Source: the human T2T-CHM13v2.0 reference genome, Homo sapiens. Taken from it: a stretch of DNA of 64,000 bases. The notes under the pieces were generated by a model. That model searched no databases and was not told the origin of the DNA. It saw nothing but the letters and a program-made list of their open reading frames with translations. Shown here piece by piece: positions 1 to 16,274 of this stretch (its first letter is position 1; each line of letters begins with the position of its first letter). The position numbers and the translations under genes are program-made. The stretch lies in NCBI RefSeq assembly GCF_009914755.1, contig NC_060941.1, one strand, 5' to 3'.

Positions 1-273
1 GCTCTGTTACCCAGGCTGGAGTACAATGATATGATCTTGACTCACTGCAGCCTCCACCTCCCAGGCTCAAACAATTCTCCTACCTCAGCCTCCTGAATAG
101 CTGACACTACATGCGTGCGCCGCTACGCCCGGCTAATTTTTTTTTTTTTTTTTTTTTGTAGAGACGAGGTTTTGCCATGTTGCCCAGGCTGGTCTCGAAC
201 TCCTGAGCTCAAGCAATGGACTGCCTTGGCCTCCCAAAGTGCTGGGATTACAGGTGTGAGCCACTGTGCCTGG
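1..273 (-). mobile_element. Alu (AluJ-like), runs off the window start
   Basis: Antisense Alu consensus ending GAGCCACTGTGCCTGGCC. Confidence 0.95.
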
Positions 274-279
274 CCCCCA

Positions 280-375
280 TGTATTGAATACCTATCTGCT
301 CAGGCACTACGCTAGATATGAGGGACACAGAGGTGAACGAGACATAGTCCCTGCCCTCACAGAATCCACTCTCTA
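280..375. mobile_element. L2 3'-end fragment
   Basis: ATTGAATACCTA..CAGGCACT..GTCCCTGCCCTCAC motif typical of L2. Confidence 0.6.
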
Positions 376-409
376 GGGAGGGAATCGATGCTTCAAACAT
401 TGAAGTTCT

Positions 410-722
410 CCAGCCTGGACAACATAGCGAGACCAAATCTCTAAAAAAAAATTAAAAATTAGCAGGACATGATGGTGTACACCTGCAGTCCCAGCTACTC
501 GGGAGGCTGAGGTGGGAGGATCATTTGAGCCTGGGAGGTTGAGGCTGCAGTGAGCCATGATCGCACTACTCCAGCCTGGGCGATAGGGTGAGAGAGCAAA
601 AGAGAGAGAGAGGAAAAAAGACAGAGGACACAGGGAGGTAGGGAGGGAAGAAGGAAGGAAGGAGGGACGGAAGGAAAGAAGGAAGGAAAGGAAGGAAGGA
701 AAAAAGGAAGGAAGGAAAGAGG
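410..722 (+). mobile_element. 5'-truncated Alu with tail expanded into a GA/GGAA repeat
   Basis: Alu end of left arm plus right arm at 410-597; purine repeat to ~722; flanking TTGAAGTTCT duplication. Confidence 0.85.
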
Positions 723-2218
723 TTGAAGTTCTTCTCACTCTTTAGTTGGGGCAGACCATTCCCAGTGCCAGTGCAGCGGTGGCTGTTATGGGGCTGAGGA
801 CTTTTTGGACTGGGGCAAGATTTACTCCCCAGATTAGCTGTTCCTCATAAAGAAATTTCCAGTGAGGACTGGATAGGGAGGAGAAGGCATGGCAGACATG
901 GAGGGGGATAGATTTGTGTTCTGGGGGCTTGAGAGTGGAGGGGAGGAGAGGACACAGCAGTGGCCTGCTTGCCCACTCATCTGCTTCGTAGCCTGGCATT
1001 GGCTGGGAGACACGGTGTCCTCAGATGGTCCAGCCCCCCTGGCAGGAGGAAGAATCACGACGGAGTTACCCATGCCCTTGCCTCTCCAGATGGGTCTCTG
1101 AGAGCCCAGGGTGGTGGGTTGGGGAGGGTAGGGTGGGGGTAGCGACCCTCCCTGCTTCTGGCGATCTGACTCAGTTCCCCAGGGCAGCTGCTACAGCACC
1201 ACTGCAGCCTTCCTGGCCTAAATCGCTTCCAGCTTGTTTAGTCGAAATCCTTGGCCCCAACATCAAAGCCCCTTTGGAGTTTCTGGGGATTGCTGTTCTT
1301 ATATGGTGTTTATTTCAGAGATGGTTCTGTTGTCACTGGCTGCATGGGGTGGGGCAGGAGGGGCTTTGGAGGCCCTTGGGTTTCAGAGACACCAGGTTAG
1401 GCGGGTAGAGGGACAATTTCCATGACAACTGCCCCCAGGATACTATCTCCCCCATGCCTGCCTCTACCTGGGGCATAGGTGCACAGAAAGGGAGGCTGCC
1501 TTCTTCCCTGCCCAAGGCCCCAGAGAGGAGCTTCTATTCCCTTCAATTGTATGCCAGACATTTTAGTCTGGGCTCCCAGGGGTCAAGGCCATGCCACCCC
1601 CTGCCCTCCCATCCCAGCCCTCATCTTAGAACCTATGAGCTCACTCCAAGCAAACAGCTCTCCATCTCCAGCATCAGCTTAGCCCTCTATGCCTGGGCCA
1701 GGTCCCAGCTCCTTCACCTGCATGCCCCTCCTTCAGAAGGGCCTTTTCTTCCTCTTCTTTCACTCTGATTAGCTGGATGCCTACTTGGGCTATTGGAATT
1801 TCCATTTGGCTCTGGAATCTGCACCTTTTTGCCTCTGAGTTTGCAGGTTCCAGCAGGTCCCTTCCTTCCTGCAACTTGTTCCTCAGTGCCTAGCACAGGG
1901 GAACACACAGAGAAGAGGGGATGCTCTGTTCAAGTTGAGGCAGATGGGGCTGACAGTGAGGAGGTGCGGCTCATGGTTTGGGTGGAGGTAGAGCTCCTAG
2001 GAGTCTCCCCAGGAAAAACCGGTAGATGAAGAAGCCAACTCTAGGTCTCAGCCATTGTCTAGAACAAGAACGAATGAAGGAAAGAGACACAGGGAAAGAA
2101 GGAGGGAGAGAGAGCGAGGAAGGGATGAGGATGTGTATGTGTAACAGGGCCAGGTTACAACCTGGCTTACAAAAAGCTTACAACCATGATCTACAGGGAC
2201 AGACTCCTTCTGGACTGA

Positions 2219-2749
<531 letters not shown>

Positions 2750-3709
2750 TAATACTTTAGAGTTGCTTGTTAAAAATGAGAGCCCAGCTAGGAGAGATGG
2801 AGTTAAGACAAGGAGTAGACTCAGCTATCGTCCCTGCCATGGGACAATGAGAAAGGCTCCGAGCCTGAGCCTCCCACACTTTTGCACACACTGAGACCCA
2901 AGAGGTCAGCATTTACAGGGAGCTCCCATCTAGGAACCTGGCCAGACAAGGTTGAGCGTCCTGTTGTGTGGACTCTCCCATGGGGGAGCCTAACTGGGGG
3001 CCCCCTGCAAGACGTGGGAGTTCAGAATCCCTGAACATAGGCTCCCCGTCTTCAAACCAGTATCTTTAATGCCCTAAGGAGCTGACCTCCTGATTAGGCG
3101 GAATGCAGTTTTGAGCCACCCTCTCCCAGGGTGGCCCCTTGGCTCGGTTGTACAGCAGGTGCCTCCCTCTGCAGCCCAATTCCTCACTCTATGCCCACCC
3201 CACCTTAGCAGACTGCTTATTAGTTAGTAATGTTACTATGGCTGCAGCTGGTGATTAAAACCATTGGTTGGACTGAGGGTTAACGATCAACATCCCTGGC
3301 ACGGTTGCTAATCCCTTGGAAGTATGTTTGTAATAATCATAGGGGAGGAGGTCAGGGTGGGTGGTCCTGGGAGCTGGGATCCAGTCATCTCCTGTTGGAT
3401 CCCGCAGTTCCTGTGGTTTCTCCTGGGCAAGACTCTGAGGTGTGTTGGGGCTGGGCAACCACTTGGGGAGACCGGCCAATACCTCAGCAGAGGGAGGTGG
3501 TGCCTGGTGCACAGCTGCCTCTGCCAGCAGGACAGGGACAGGGTTGTGCCAAGTGTGCAGCTCGGGTGGTTAAATGAAGTGCCCAGGGTCAGGATGCTTT
3601 AGCTACATGGAGGGATTAATTCTGAGCCCCGTACTGCTCACTCCTGTGCCAAATGCCCAGGGAGGAACTGTGTATTCCAAGGGTCCGTTCGAGGCTTCCT
3701 CATTCTCTC

Positions 3710-4001
<292 letters not shown>

Positions 4002-4386
4002 CCTCATTCTCTCTTAGAAGAGCCTTAAGTTGGAAGGGACCCATTTCCACTCCCTTAAGTTCCTCACCTCCCCTTCCACTCCTGCCTGTCCCATTCAATC
4101 ATTTAATTTATATAATGCCTCTAGTAATATATAATTAAAACTGACATATTAATAATAAAATTCCACTAAGGAATGTGTGACAACTCACCTGCCAAATCGA
4201 ATTTTAAAAAATAAATAAATAATATGATAGACTCTTTCCCACCTGGAACCATGGAGAATGTCAAAGAGAAGAAAAGGAAGGTTCTGGCTGTGCCAGAAAT
4301 CGTTGAGAAAAGGAATTTCTCAGAGGTGAAGATCAAGTGCCTGAGAAAAATATTTGCCCAGAAGACACTTCAAAAGGCAAGGAGAG

Positions 4387-4993
<607 letters not shown>

Positions 4994-5419
4994 TGAAGCA
5001 GCAGCAGCAAATTTCCGTGACAGATAACACTTTACTGCTTGATCTCTTTGTAAATGTGGCGTCACCTGCATGAAGGATCTGATTCATGAGATCTGTATTG
5101 TTAAAAAACAAAAACACTTCAAAGAAGCAAATAACTTCCCAGGGCTATTCAAATTATCTTCCCAACGAGGTGGAATGAAGAAGACGACCACTCATTTTGT
5201 AGAAAGTAGAGATACTAGTAACAGGGAAGACCAGATTAACAGGCTCATTAGAAGGATGAACTGGGAAGGGGTCCACCACCATCATTTTTGTAATTCAGTC
5301 AGTTAATAAACAATTACTGCTTTCAAATTGAAATATATATATATGTATATACATATATGGCACATAATACATGTAAGCTATATATTAATACATTATGAGT
5401 TATAATACAATTATGGTTA

Positions 5420-5710
5420 ACATTTTATTGACTTCCTACTTTGTCAGACCTTTTCTATACGTTACCTCTTTTGTTCACAACACCCTGCCAAGCAGGGCTT
5501 ATTGTCCCATTTTATTTAGTTTTATTTCATTTCATTTCATTTTTTGAGACAGGGTCTCACTCTGTCACCTAGGCTGGAGTGTATTATCCCATTTTATATA
5601 TGAGAAGTCAGACTCAGAGAGGTTAACTTGCTCAATCACACAGCTAATAGGAGGCAAGGCCAGCAGCAACCTTAGGTCTCAGGCTAACTTCAAACCCATT
5701 CTTTTCCAGG
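5420..5710. mobile_element. MIR with a short Alu fragment (~5545-5582)
   Basis: CCCATTTTA..TGAGAAGTCAGACTCAGAGAGGTTAACTTGCTC MIR core. Confidence 0.7.
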
Positions 5711-6099
5711 CTTGACACTGTAGGGAACATGAAGAATAAAAGAATACATAGTCAGTGCTGTCAAAACACGGATCACCCAGCAGCCTGGACATGGCGCACA
5801 CACGCTAATAGTTAAATAACAGCATGACATTGCTTTTGGGGGGCTGTTACCAAGCAGTGTGGGTGATGGCTCCGGGAGTGGGACTGGCAGTAAATGTCAC
5901 AGGCTTGGAGGAAGAAGGCCACCAAGGCCAGCAGGGACCACTGATGACTGCACAGAAGAAGGGGACATAAAGGCTGGGCTGGATTGGCAGTGTGGGAAGA
6001 GCAGGAGCAGAGGTTCACGGTGCACACGGCAGTGAGCCCATCAGATTGGCTCACTCCATCCTGACAACTTCTGTCCCCCGACTCCCCAACCCTGTAAAT

Positions 6100-6936
<837 letters not shown>

Positions 6937-7025
6937 TAATGCAATATTTTAAAAATCAAAATTAATGTAAAAATCCATAATAAACAAAATATCAAATTTT
7001 TAAAGACAGGATCAGTATTACTGAT

Positions 7026-7026
7026 T

Positions 7027-7065
<39 letters not shown>

Positions 7066-7069
7066 TTTT
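7026..7069. repeat. (TTTA)n microsatellite
   Basis: Direct read. Confidence 0.95.
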
Positions 7070-8419
7070 TGCCTCAGGTTCCAATAAGATCTTACACAGC
7101 TCTGGGCCAGGAACCCAGAGCATGTGTAGAAGGGAGGGCGAAGTGGGCTCTGCAGGCTCTGGGCATGCATATCCCAAGGAATCTTTGCTCTGTGGGGCTA
7201 GGAGCAACCAGAAGCTCCCAGAACAGGCTGCAGAACAGGGACCTGTCTTGCCTGGAGCCTCAGTGTGGTATTACAGTAACTGAGAGCTCCGTGAGGGCTT
7301 CAGCATCTAGTGGAGTCTCTAGCACTTAGTAGGCCCTCAGTGAGAAATTCTTGAATATGTAAATGAATAATGCTGACTTTTCCAAAATCACCATTGCAGT
7401 CATATTCATTACAAGGGTTACTAGGACAGCCGCTCTCAGCACAGCACGCTGGCTGGAGGCTGAGTCAGGGCATGAGTAGGGGCTGGCGAGAGTGGAGGCA
7501 GGGAACCTGCCAAGACTTAGAGGAGACTGGGCTAGGATCTTGGAACGGGTGATATGGAGGTCAGGGGTCTCAGTGACTCAACAGAGCAGGGTTTAGAAGG
7601 CAGGAGGGAGGGGGAGGAGAGGCAGGATTATGGTGAGGGATGGAGGGGGAGGGCAGAGCTGGCTCAGGGAGGACCAAGGGGCAGGCCTGGGAGTGAGCAG
7701 GAGTGGAAGCAGGGAAGGGAGTGGTAGACCCCTGCAGGAAGAGCCCAGGGCTCTGGAAGGAGTGAGGGGTGTGGGGGGCATGTTTCTGCTCAGTCAACAG
7801 AGGCCTGGAGAATCAAAGGCTCCCAGAAGCCCAGACCAGGTCAGTTCATCAAGGAAGGTTCTCGGCAGCCCTCTCCCCATCCTCTCGGGTTACACACTGG
7901 TGTTCCCTATTTCAGGCCCTCGCACTTGCCAATGGCCCAGCCTCTCCTCCCCTCTCCTGCCCCCACTTTCCCCAGGGAGGGACAAACACACTTGATATAT
8001 GAAGTGTTTCCACCTAGACGCTTGGGAATCCCACAAAGCCTTCAGTGTGTGACAGCCCCTCCCCCTTCCTCCCCCAGCCCTTTCCTCTCCTCCTTCTGTC
8101 TGGGAGTCTGGGAATGGCTCCTTTACCTGGGAGTGTCACAGAGAAGGGGGGACATGCGGTGGTTGGGGATGTTCCTGGGCCTCTTAAGCCCAAGATCGGG
8201 TGGGTGAATGTGGTGAGTGTTGGGGGCGCAGGGTGATGATCGCTGGCTTCTCTGGCTTCCCAGAGGCTGGAGGGGCTTGGTTTCTATGACTGCCTCTCTG
8301 CCCACCCTGCCCACCTCCCTCCTTGCTGCTGATGCCCCATCCACTGGCCCGGGGGAGTGTTGCACACCCCGCTTTCCTCCACATAGGAACCCAGAGGAGA
8401 GAGAAAACCAAATTGTCAA

Positions 8420-9417
<998 letters not shown>

Positions 9418-10699
9418 TCAGAAGGCAGGGGCCGTGGGCCCTGTGGCATAGGCTTGCCCCTGGAGAGCGGGGTTGGGCAGAGGAAGCACCTGCAGGGGAG
9501 AATGCCAGTCCCAGGAGCCCTCAATGGAAGCACAGCGACAAAGGCGATGGTATACTTGACTCCAAGAGCCTGAAGTCAGGGGGCGCGGGGGACACAGACA
9601 TCCCACCTCCCACCCACAAGCAGGGGAGGATCCCTGACATCGCAGTGGGTGGTGGCTCTGGCCCAGGGCTCCTCCTCTGACTCAAGGAGAAGCCGCAGCT
9701 GGCCTTGGGCCACACCAGCCACTTACATGGCCCACACACAACCTGTGTACATCACTCTAACTCCTCTCGCCGCCAGCGGTACAGTGAAGAGGGGAAACGG
9801 GAACACGTGGATGTTGGGAATAACGTGTTACGTGTGAATGAGCCAGTTCGCATTGAGCCTGCAAGCGCAGGCACCCGGCACCCATGTGGGGAGTACATGT
9901 GGGGTGTATGTGCCTTACATTTTATTTCTACATGTGGGGGTGCATGTGTGCGTACATGCTTGTGGCCGCACAACTCCCAGACTCACCCTGGGGTCTCCGG
10001 GTGCATGTGTGTGCCATGTGCCAGGATGTCTGCATGTGTCCACGTGTGTGACTGCTTGTCAAACAAACTCCCTGGAGCTAGGGCTCTGCAGGAAGGGTCA
10101 GACGGCAGTCTGAGACACTTTTCATGTGTCAGGAAAACCAGGCTCCCCTTTCAGGAAGCCTGCCCAAGGAAAATAAACTAGCCCAGCTCCTGGGGCAGAG
10201 GGGGAGGGCGCAGGGGGTGGGGAAAGAGAGAAGGTGGCTGAGACGGGTGGCGGGGTCACAGAGCAAGGCCGTCAAATGATGCCCCTTTGACCCCACTCCA
10301 TCGACCCTCCTGGAGACCCTCTTCCCTCAGCTTTGTCCTAAGGGGGCTTTGTCCTCTTTCTCTTCTTCAGGCTCTGTTTTCTCCTCTCCATCTCTCTTCT
10401 GTCTCCACGATTTCTTCTCTGCCTTCTTTTTCATTTGCCCTTCTCCCTCCATGTTTCTCTCTCCTCCCAACTCCCATTACTTTGCAGCTGGCGGCCTGCC
10501 AGTCACCTGTCTCCTTTCTTATCTCCACTGCAGAAGCCAAAGCCGTGGTCTACCTATGAGAACAGGTGGTCAGAAAATCCCGAAGGCCACGGTGCAGGTT
10601 TTTATTAACTTTTATCCTTCGATGCCAGGTTGGCTGCAAGTCTCTGGCCATTACCTCCAACATGGAGGTGATCTTTCATTCACCAACTGGCTAATTGAT

Positions 10700-11190
10700 G
10701 TCATCTTTTATCTTATATTGATTAAGCACCTGGTTTGTGCCAGGCACTGTGGTTGGCTCTAGAGCTACCGTGGTGGGCAATAAGCGGGAGAAATGAATGG
10801 GTTCTGCCTCGCAGAACTTTCAGACTGATGGGGAGTCAGAAATTAGTCAAAGTCACACACAAATGTAAAAGTAACTTAAGGGCTGCAGACAGAGGGGTAA
10901 ATACCTGTATATAAGAGCCGCTAATGAGGGAATTAACATAGGAGGATGGGAAGGGTTTTGTAAGGAAGTGATAGCCTAGGTTGGAGGGAAAAGCAAGAGT
11001 TAATCAGGCCAAGGAGTGGAGGGGGTGAGTGTGCATGAGGCAGCTGGTGGTAGGCAGAGGGAACAGCAAGTGAAAAGGCCCTGAGGCCAGAGGAACAAAG
11101 TCCATTTGTGTAACTGAAATAAGGCCTGGAAGAGAGGGGGATCTGGATGAGGCTGGAACAGTAGCCTGGGCTACATTAGGGGTCATTCAT
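10700..11190. mobile_element. L2 fragment
   Basis: ATTAAGCACCT..GTGCCAGGCACTGTG and GGCAGAGGGAACAGCAAGTGAAAAGGCCCTGAGG motifs. Confidence 0.7.
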
Positions 11191-11261
11191 CACCACGGAA
11201 ATCATCTTGATTAAAAAGCCAATATGTTTTATAAGTGTGATCTATTTTATAATTTTTGGCT

Positions 11262-11848
11262 TTAGAGATGGTCACTGTCGCCCAGACTGGAGTGCAGCCC
11301 CAACCTCCTGGGCTCAAGAAATCCTCCTGCCTCAGTCTCCTGAATAGCTGGGACTATAGGCATGCTCCACCATGCTTAGATGATTTTTTTTAAATTTTTG
11401 GTAAAGATGGGGTCTTGCTATGTTACCCAGTCTTGTCTTGAACTCCTGGCCAAAAGCAGTCCTCCCACCTCAGCCTCCCGAAGCACTGGGATTATAGGTG
11501 TGAGCCACTGCACCCAGCCTTATAATTTTTAGAAGTTAAGAAAGTATAATTTATCTTTTTTTTTTTTTTTGAGACTGTGTCTTTGCTGCCCAGGCTGGAG
11601 TGCAGTGGTGCAACTGTGGCTCACTGCAGCCTTGCTCTTCTGGGCTGTGGTGATCCTCCCACCTCAGCCTTCTGAGTAGCTGGGACTGCAGGCGTGCACC
11701 ACCACGCCTGGCTAAATTTTCTATTTTTTGTAGAGATGAGGTTTTGCCATGTTGCCCAGGCTGGTCTCCAATTCCTGGCCTCAAGCAATCCTCCTGTCTC
11801 AGCCTCCCAAAGTGCTGGGATCAGAGGCATGAGCCACCGTGCCCGGCC
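11262..11848 (-). mobile_element. Two antisense AluJ-like elements (11262-11519, 11556-11848)
   Basis: Alu consensus; TSD-like TTATAATTTTT and AGAAAGTATAA repeats. Confidence 0.92.
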
Positions 11849-12297
11849 AGAAAGTATAAATTAATCAAGAAGTTTTAAATAATTTTATGTTTTTTTTCAC
11901 CACAACACCCTCCACACGTATTTGGAGAACAATGGGGCACAAACCTAGGCAAGAGTGGAAAATATTAATGCATGGTCCACATAGGATGCTTGGTCCACTT
12001 ATAATTCCCAGAATCTGTGCAGATTGAGGGCCATTGTGCTGGAGAAGAGAGGAAAGGAGGGAATAGAGCGTCACCCCAGTGTGTTGCAGGGGCCTGGGCC
12101 AGACAGAAGAAACCAGGCTGAGCCCTGTTCTACACCTCCCCACTCGGACTCCCACACAGGGTCCCTCCCACCGCAGGGTCTGACCCTGGCCCTCTGCCAT
12201 GCCCACCATGTGCTTAGCCCCTAACAGCTGGGGTGGCTTGTGTTTAGGGAGGGGAGAGGGATGAGACAGCCGAGCAGAGAGGGGAGAAAGAAGCATT

Positions 12298-12497
12298 CAA
12301 GTGCTACTCAAAGTGGGGCCTGTGCACCAGCACCAGCAGCATCGCCTGGGAACTCACTGGGAATTCCAATTCTTAGCCCCCACCCTAGACCTGCTGATCC
12401 AAAATCTCTGAAGTGAGGCCAGCCTTACAGCCCCGTGTGTTTTCACAAGCATACCAAGTGATACTCAGGCACTGCTGAAGTTGAAGGACCCACACTG
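12298..12497. mobile_element. MER5A (hAT-Charlie MITE)
   Basis: CTCAAAGTGGGG..ACCAGCAGCATCGCCTGGGAACT..CCCCACCCTAGACCTGCTGA matches MER5A. Confidence 0.8.
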
Positions 12498-13643
12498 GAG
12501 AGGGCAAAATGTTGGAAGTGCTCAAGGCTGAATCAGCGACAACAGGAGTTGAGTCCTCCATCCAGCTGTCATCTGTTGCCACCTCCTCTATGTCACCCAA
12601 GCCATTTTCATGGAAGCCTTTTTGTTGGAAAGGCACAGAGATGGACATGACCTGGCTGTCTTAGGCCAGCCCCTCTTGATTCTCTCCCCAGTCTCTGTCT
12701 AGCCTCTTGTTCTGGGTGGGTGGAGAGTACCCCCCTCATTCTCGTCCATGAGTGTGGGGATGGGAGAGGAAGCGTCTCAGGAGGGATGTCAGGCAAGGCT
12801 TCCTGCAGACCCAGCTGTCCCTTCCAATCCACATCCCACCCCCTCACCCAACTCCCTCACAACAAGCACACCCAGCAGCTGCAGCAACCACCCTGGCCCA
12901 ATGCTGGCCCCAATGTCCCCAAGCTCAGGGGAAGTGGAGTTCAACCCGTTCTTCCATGACTGCTCCTCCCAGGCCTCCCCAAGGAACCCAGACCCACCAC
13001 AGCCTGAACCAAGACATCTCCTGAACCCTTTTCTCCCTCCCCTCAAATATCCTCTTCTGGAGGGCATTGGGAAAAGCTGCCAAAAGTCAGGTCCTCACCC
13101 GAGAACCCCCAACCTGAGCCCCAAACCCAGCTCCTCAGGTCACAGCCACTCCCAGCGAACACCACCCCTCGCTGTGGGTGGGATCCCATCGCCACACAGG
13201 CCAGGCAGCTGCCTGGACCACCTGCCCCAGGAGAGACCAAATGGAAGGCCAAGAGGAAGGGCAGCGGTGGGGAGGCTCTGGGGGAGAGGAAGCGGGGGCG
13301 AAAGGGCTGGGGCCAGGAAGTCTAGGATGTGGGAGCTGGAAGGGATCTGAGGGAATCAGCTCATGACTTTTACAAGCTCAGAGAGGTTGTGTCTTGCTCA
13401 GTGTCACACAGCAAATTGGTGTCAGAGCCCAGCACAAACCTGATCTCCCAGGCCAATGCTCTTTCCAGACCTCACCCAGAGGGGAAAGGTAGCCAGGGGT
13501 AACTGTTCAATGAAAAGCTGCAGCCTACACTACTGCAGCCCACGCCATCACACAAGATCTTCCTCCAGGGAGCTGCCCCAGTGGACGCCTCATTTCTTCT
13601 CCCCTATCACTCATTCCACTACTCACAACTGCCTAGAACTTGA

Positions 13644-14014
<371 letters not shown>

Positions 14015-14017
14015 TAG

Positions 14018-14072
14018 GAGAGAGGGAGAGGGAGAGAGGGAGAGAGTGTGTGTGTGTGTGTGCATCTGTGTG
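14018..14072. repeat. (GA)n/(GT)n compound microsatellite
   Basis: Direct read. Confidence 0.9.
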
Positions 14073-14080
14073 TCCTGCCT

Positions 14081-14250
14081 TCACCATCAGATGAGGGGGT
14101 TTCTTAGACAGAGGGTATGTCTCCACCATCACACTGGGCGTTCCTAGAGGACAAATGGTGTCTCCCTTCGGTTAGAACAGGAGCTTCCTGAGGGCAGGGA
14201 CTGTCTTCCCTACTAGACTGGGGTTCCCTGAAGGCAGGAGCTGAGCCTCC
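14081..14250 (+). repeat. Degenerate ~41-44 bp tandem repeat, about 4 units
   Basis: Units resemble CCATCAGACTGGGnGyTTCCTGAGGGCAGGGACTGTGTCTC. Confidence 0.6.
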
Positions 14251-15252
14251 AGAATTTTGTGGGTCTCCTTCCCACCTCCGCAGTTCTCTTCAACTGAGAC
14301 AGCCCTGGTGTTAGACTTTAACAGGAGGAGGCCCTCAGAGTGCCTGGTTCAGAGACCACCTATGACAGAAATGCCGCTGGCATTTGAAGCCACTGGGACT
14401 ACCACCTCGGGACATGATTGGGGATTCTCGGACAGCTCTTATTCTTTGCGCATCCCGAGATTTCCATTTGTTGTCTCAGTAATCACCAGCCTTGGTGTTC
14501 TGTGGTTCCTGTTCCACCAACCCTCCAGGGAAATCCTCTCTGAAGTTTTGAAGAGAACTCACCATACCTAAGCTGACCCTCTGAACAAAGGGAGGCTTGT
14601 GGAAACAAGGGGTTAGAGGAGAGGGTTTTCTTCTTCTCCTTCACCAAGGCTTCTGGGGATGGCTAAGGCCGATGACTGTCTCTCCAAAGCCACCCTCCAC
14701 CCCGCCCCTGTCCCGCGTTGACCTTCCTTCTAATATACCAGCCCGAGGTCACACCTTCTCCCAGGAAGGGTTGGACCGCAGTTCAGCAGAGGCCGTGCAA
14801 GCGAACCCTCTCTCTAAGGAATGGTCATGGCGTCTTCCTCCCTGTTTCCCAAACGGGGTGCTGGGATTTTCGTCACAGGTCCCAACTTTCCCAAGTTCCA
14901 GTAGAATTCTTCCTGGAACCTTTCTGGTATCATCACCCTGTGCATCTAACAGTCTTAGCCCCCAGCTGGAGATGTGGCAGGGCCTGAGTGAGAGCAGTAA
15001 GTACAAGGGGACCTCAGCTCTGTACCAGATGTACCAGAGCATCCCCCCACAGCTGTCTACCACACGGCGCTGGGCCTGACAGGAGACAGGTCGCTGCCAA
15101 GATGGCATCCTGAGAACACACATGTAACAGGCGGGCAAGCGGTGCTTCCTCTGCCACCCTCCATGGCACCAAGTTAGAACACTACTATGAGGTACATAGG
15201 ACAGACCCAATGCCCATCTGTGAATAAAGGAAGTAAGGCTCAGAGAGATTAA

Positions 15253-15607
<355 letters not shown>

Positions 15608-16230
15608 CTACATTTGGTTTCAGTGTCACCACCCTTTGTGCCACATCTTACAGCAGTGCCAGCTTGGAACCAAACTCAGGCCCCCAGACTCCCAGCCTAC
15701 TCCCAGGAGCACTGTGTGTAGCTGAGCAGGTCATACACTGCACAACCCCAGGATTGTGCTCCTCACATTGAGGTCAGGGCAGATGGCGTCCCCTGTAGCT
15801 GTTGCAGGACATGACCCCCATGGCTCCACGTGGAGGTCCTGCCTCCACACTCAGTCCTCAGCAATCTGTGCACACATTCAACACTTGGGCCACACAAATC
15901 CATCCCCTCCTTCTCCTCTTCTCCCACTAGCCAGAGTGGCAGGCAGCAGGAGCTCTTGGGGGCAGGTGGGGATCCCTGAGGAGTGTACACACCACCTCCC
16001 AGGACCACCATGTGCTCCCTGCCTCTCCATGTAGGAGCGCTTTCTGCCATACCCCCCATACCCTCTGTACCTCCCCATACCCCAGTTGCCCCCTCACTGT
16101 GCCCACACCCCTGCCTCCACACTCATCCCCACACACATGTCGGTACATCCACCCACACACACATGTGCACCATGCAAGTGAAGTGCAGGGCCCCAGATCT
16201 CCAAGCTCCTGTCTGAGACTCCACCAAGCA

Positions 16231-16274
16231 GGGGGCTGAGGGCTGAGGGCTGGGGGCTGGGGGCTGGGGGCTGG
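16231..16274 (+). repeat. (GGGGGCT)n-type G-rich repeat, G4-capable
   Basis: GGGGGCTGAGGGCTGAGGGCTGGGGGCTGGGGGCTGGGGGCTGG. Confidence 0.85.

Noticed and set aside
645-722. GGAA repeats as an ETS-fusion response element
   Set aside because: Interrupted, with short consecutive runs; a derived Alu tail.
9800-10060. Many CACGTG/CATGTG E-box-like words
   Set aside because: Explained by a degenerate TG/CA simple repeat.
12748-13350. Longest ORF (200 aa, Pro/Ser-rich)
   Set aside because: No recognisable domain; the composition reflects C-rich DNA; overlapping ORFs in several frames are as expected for GC-rich non-coding sequence.
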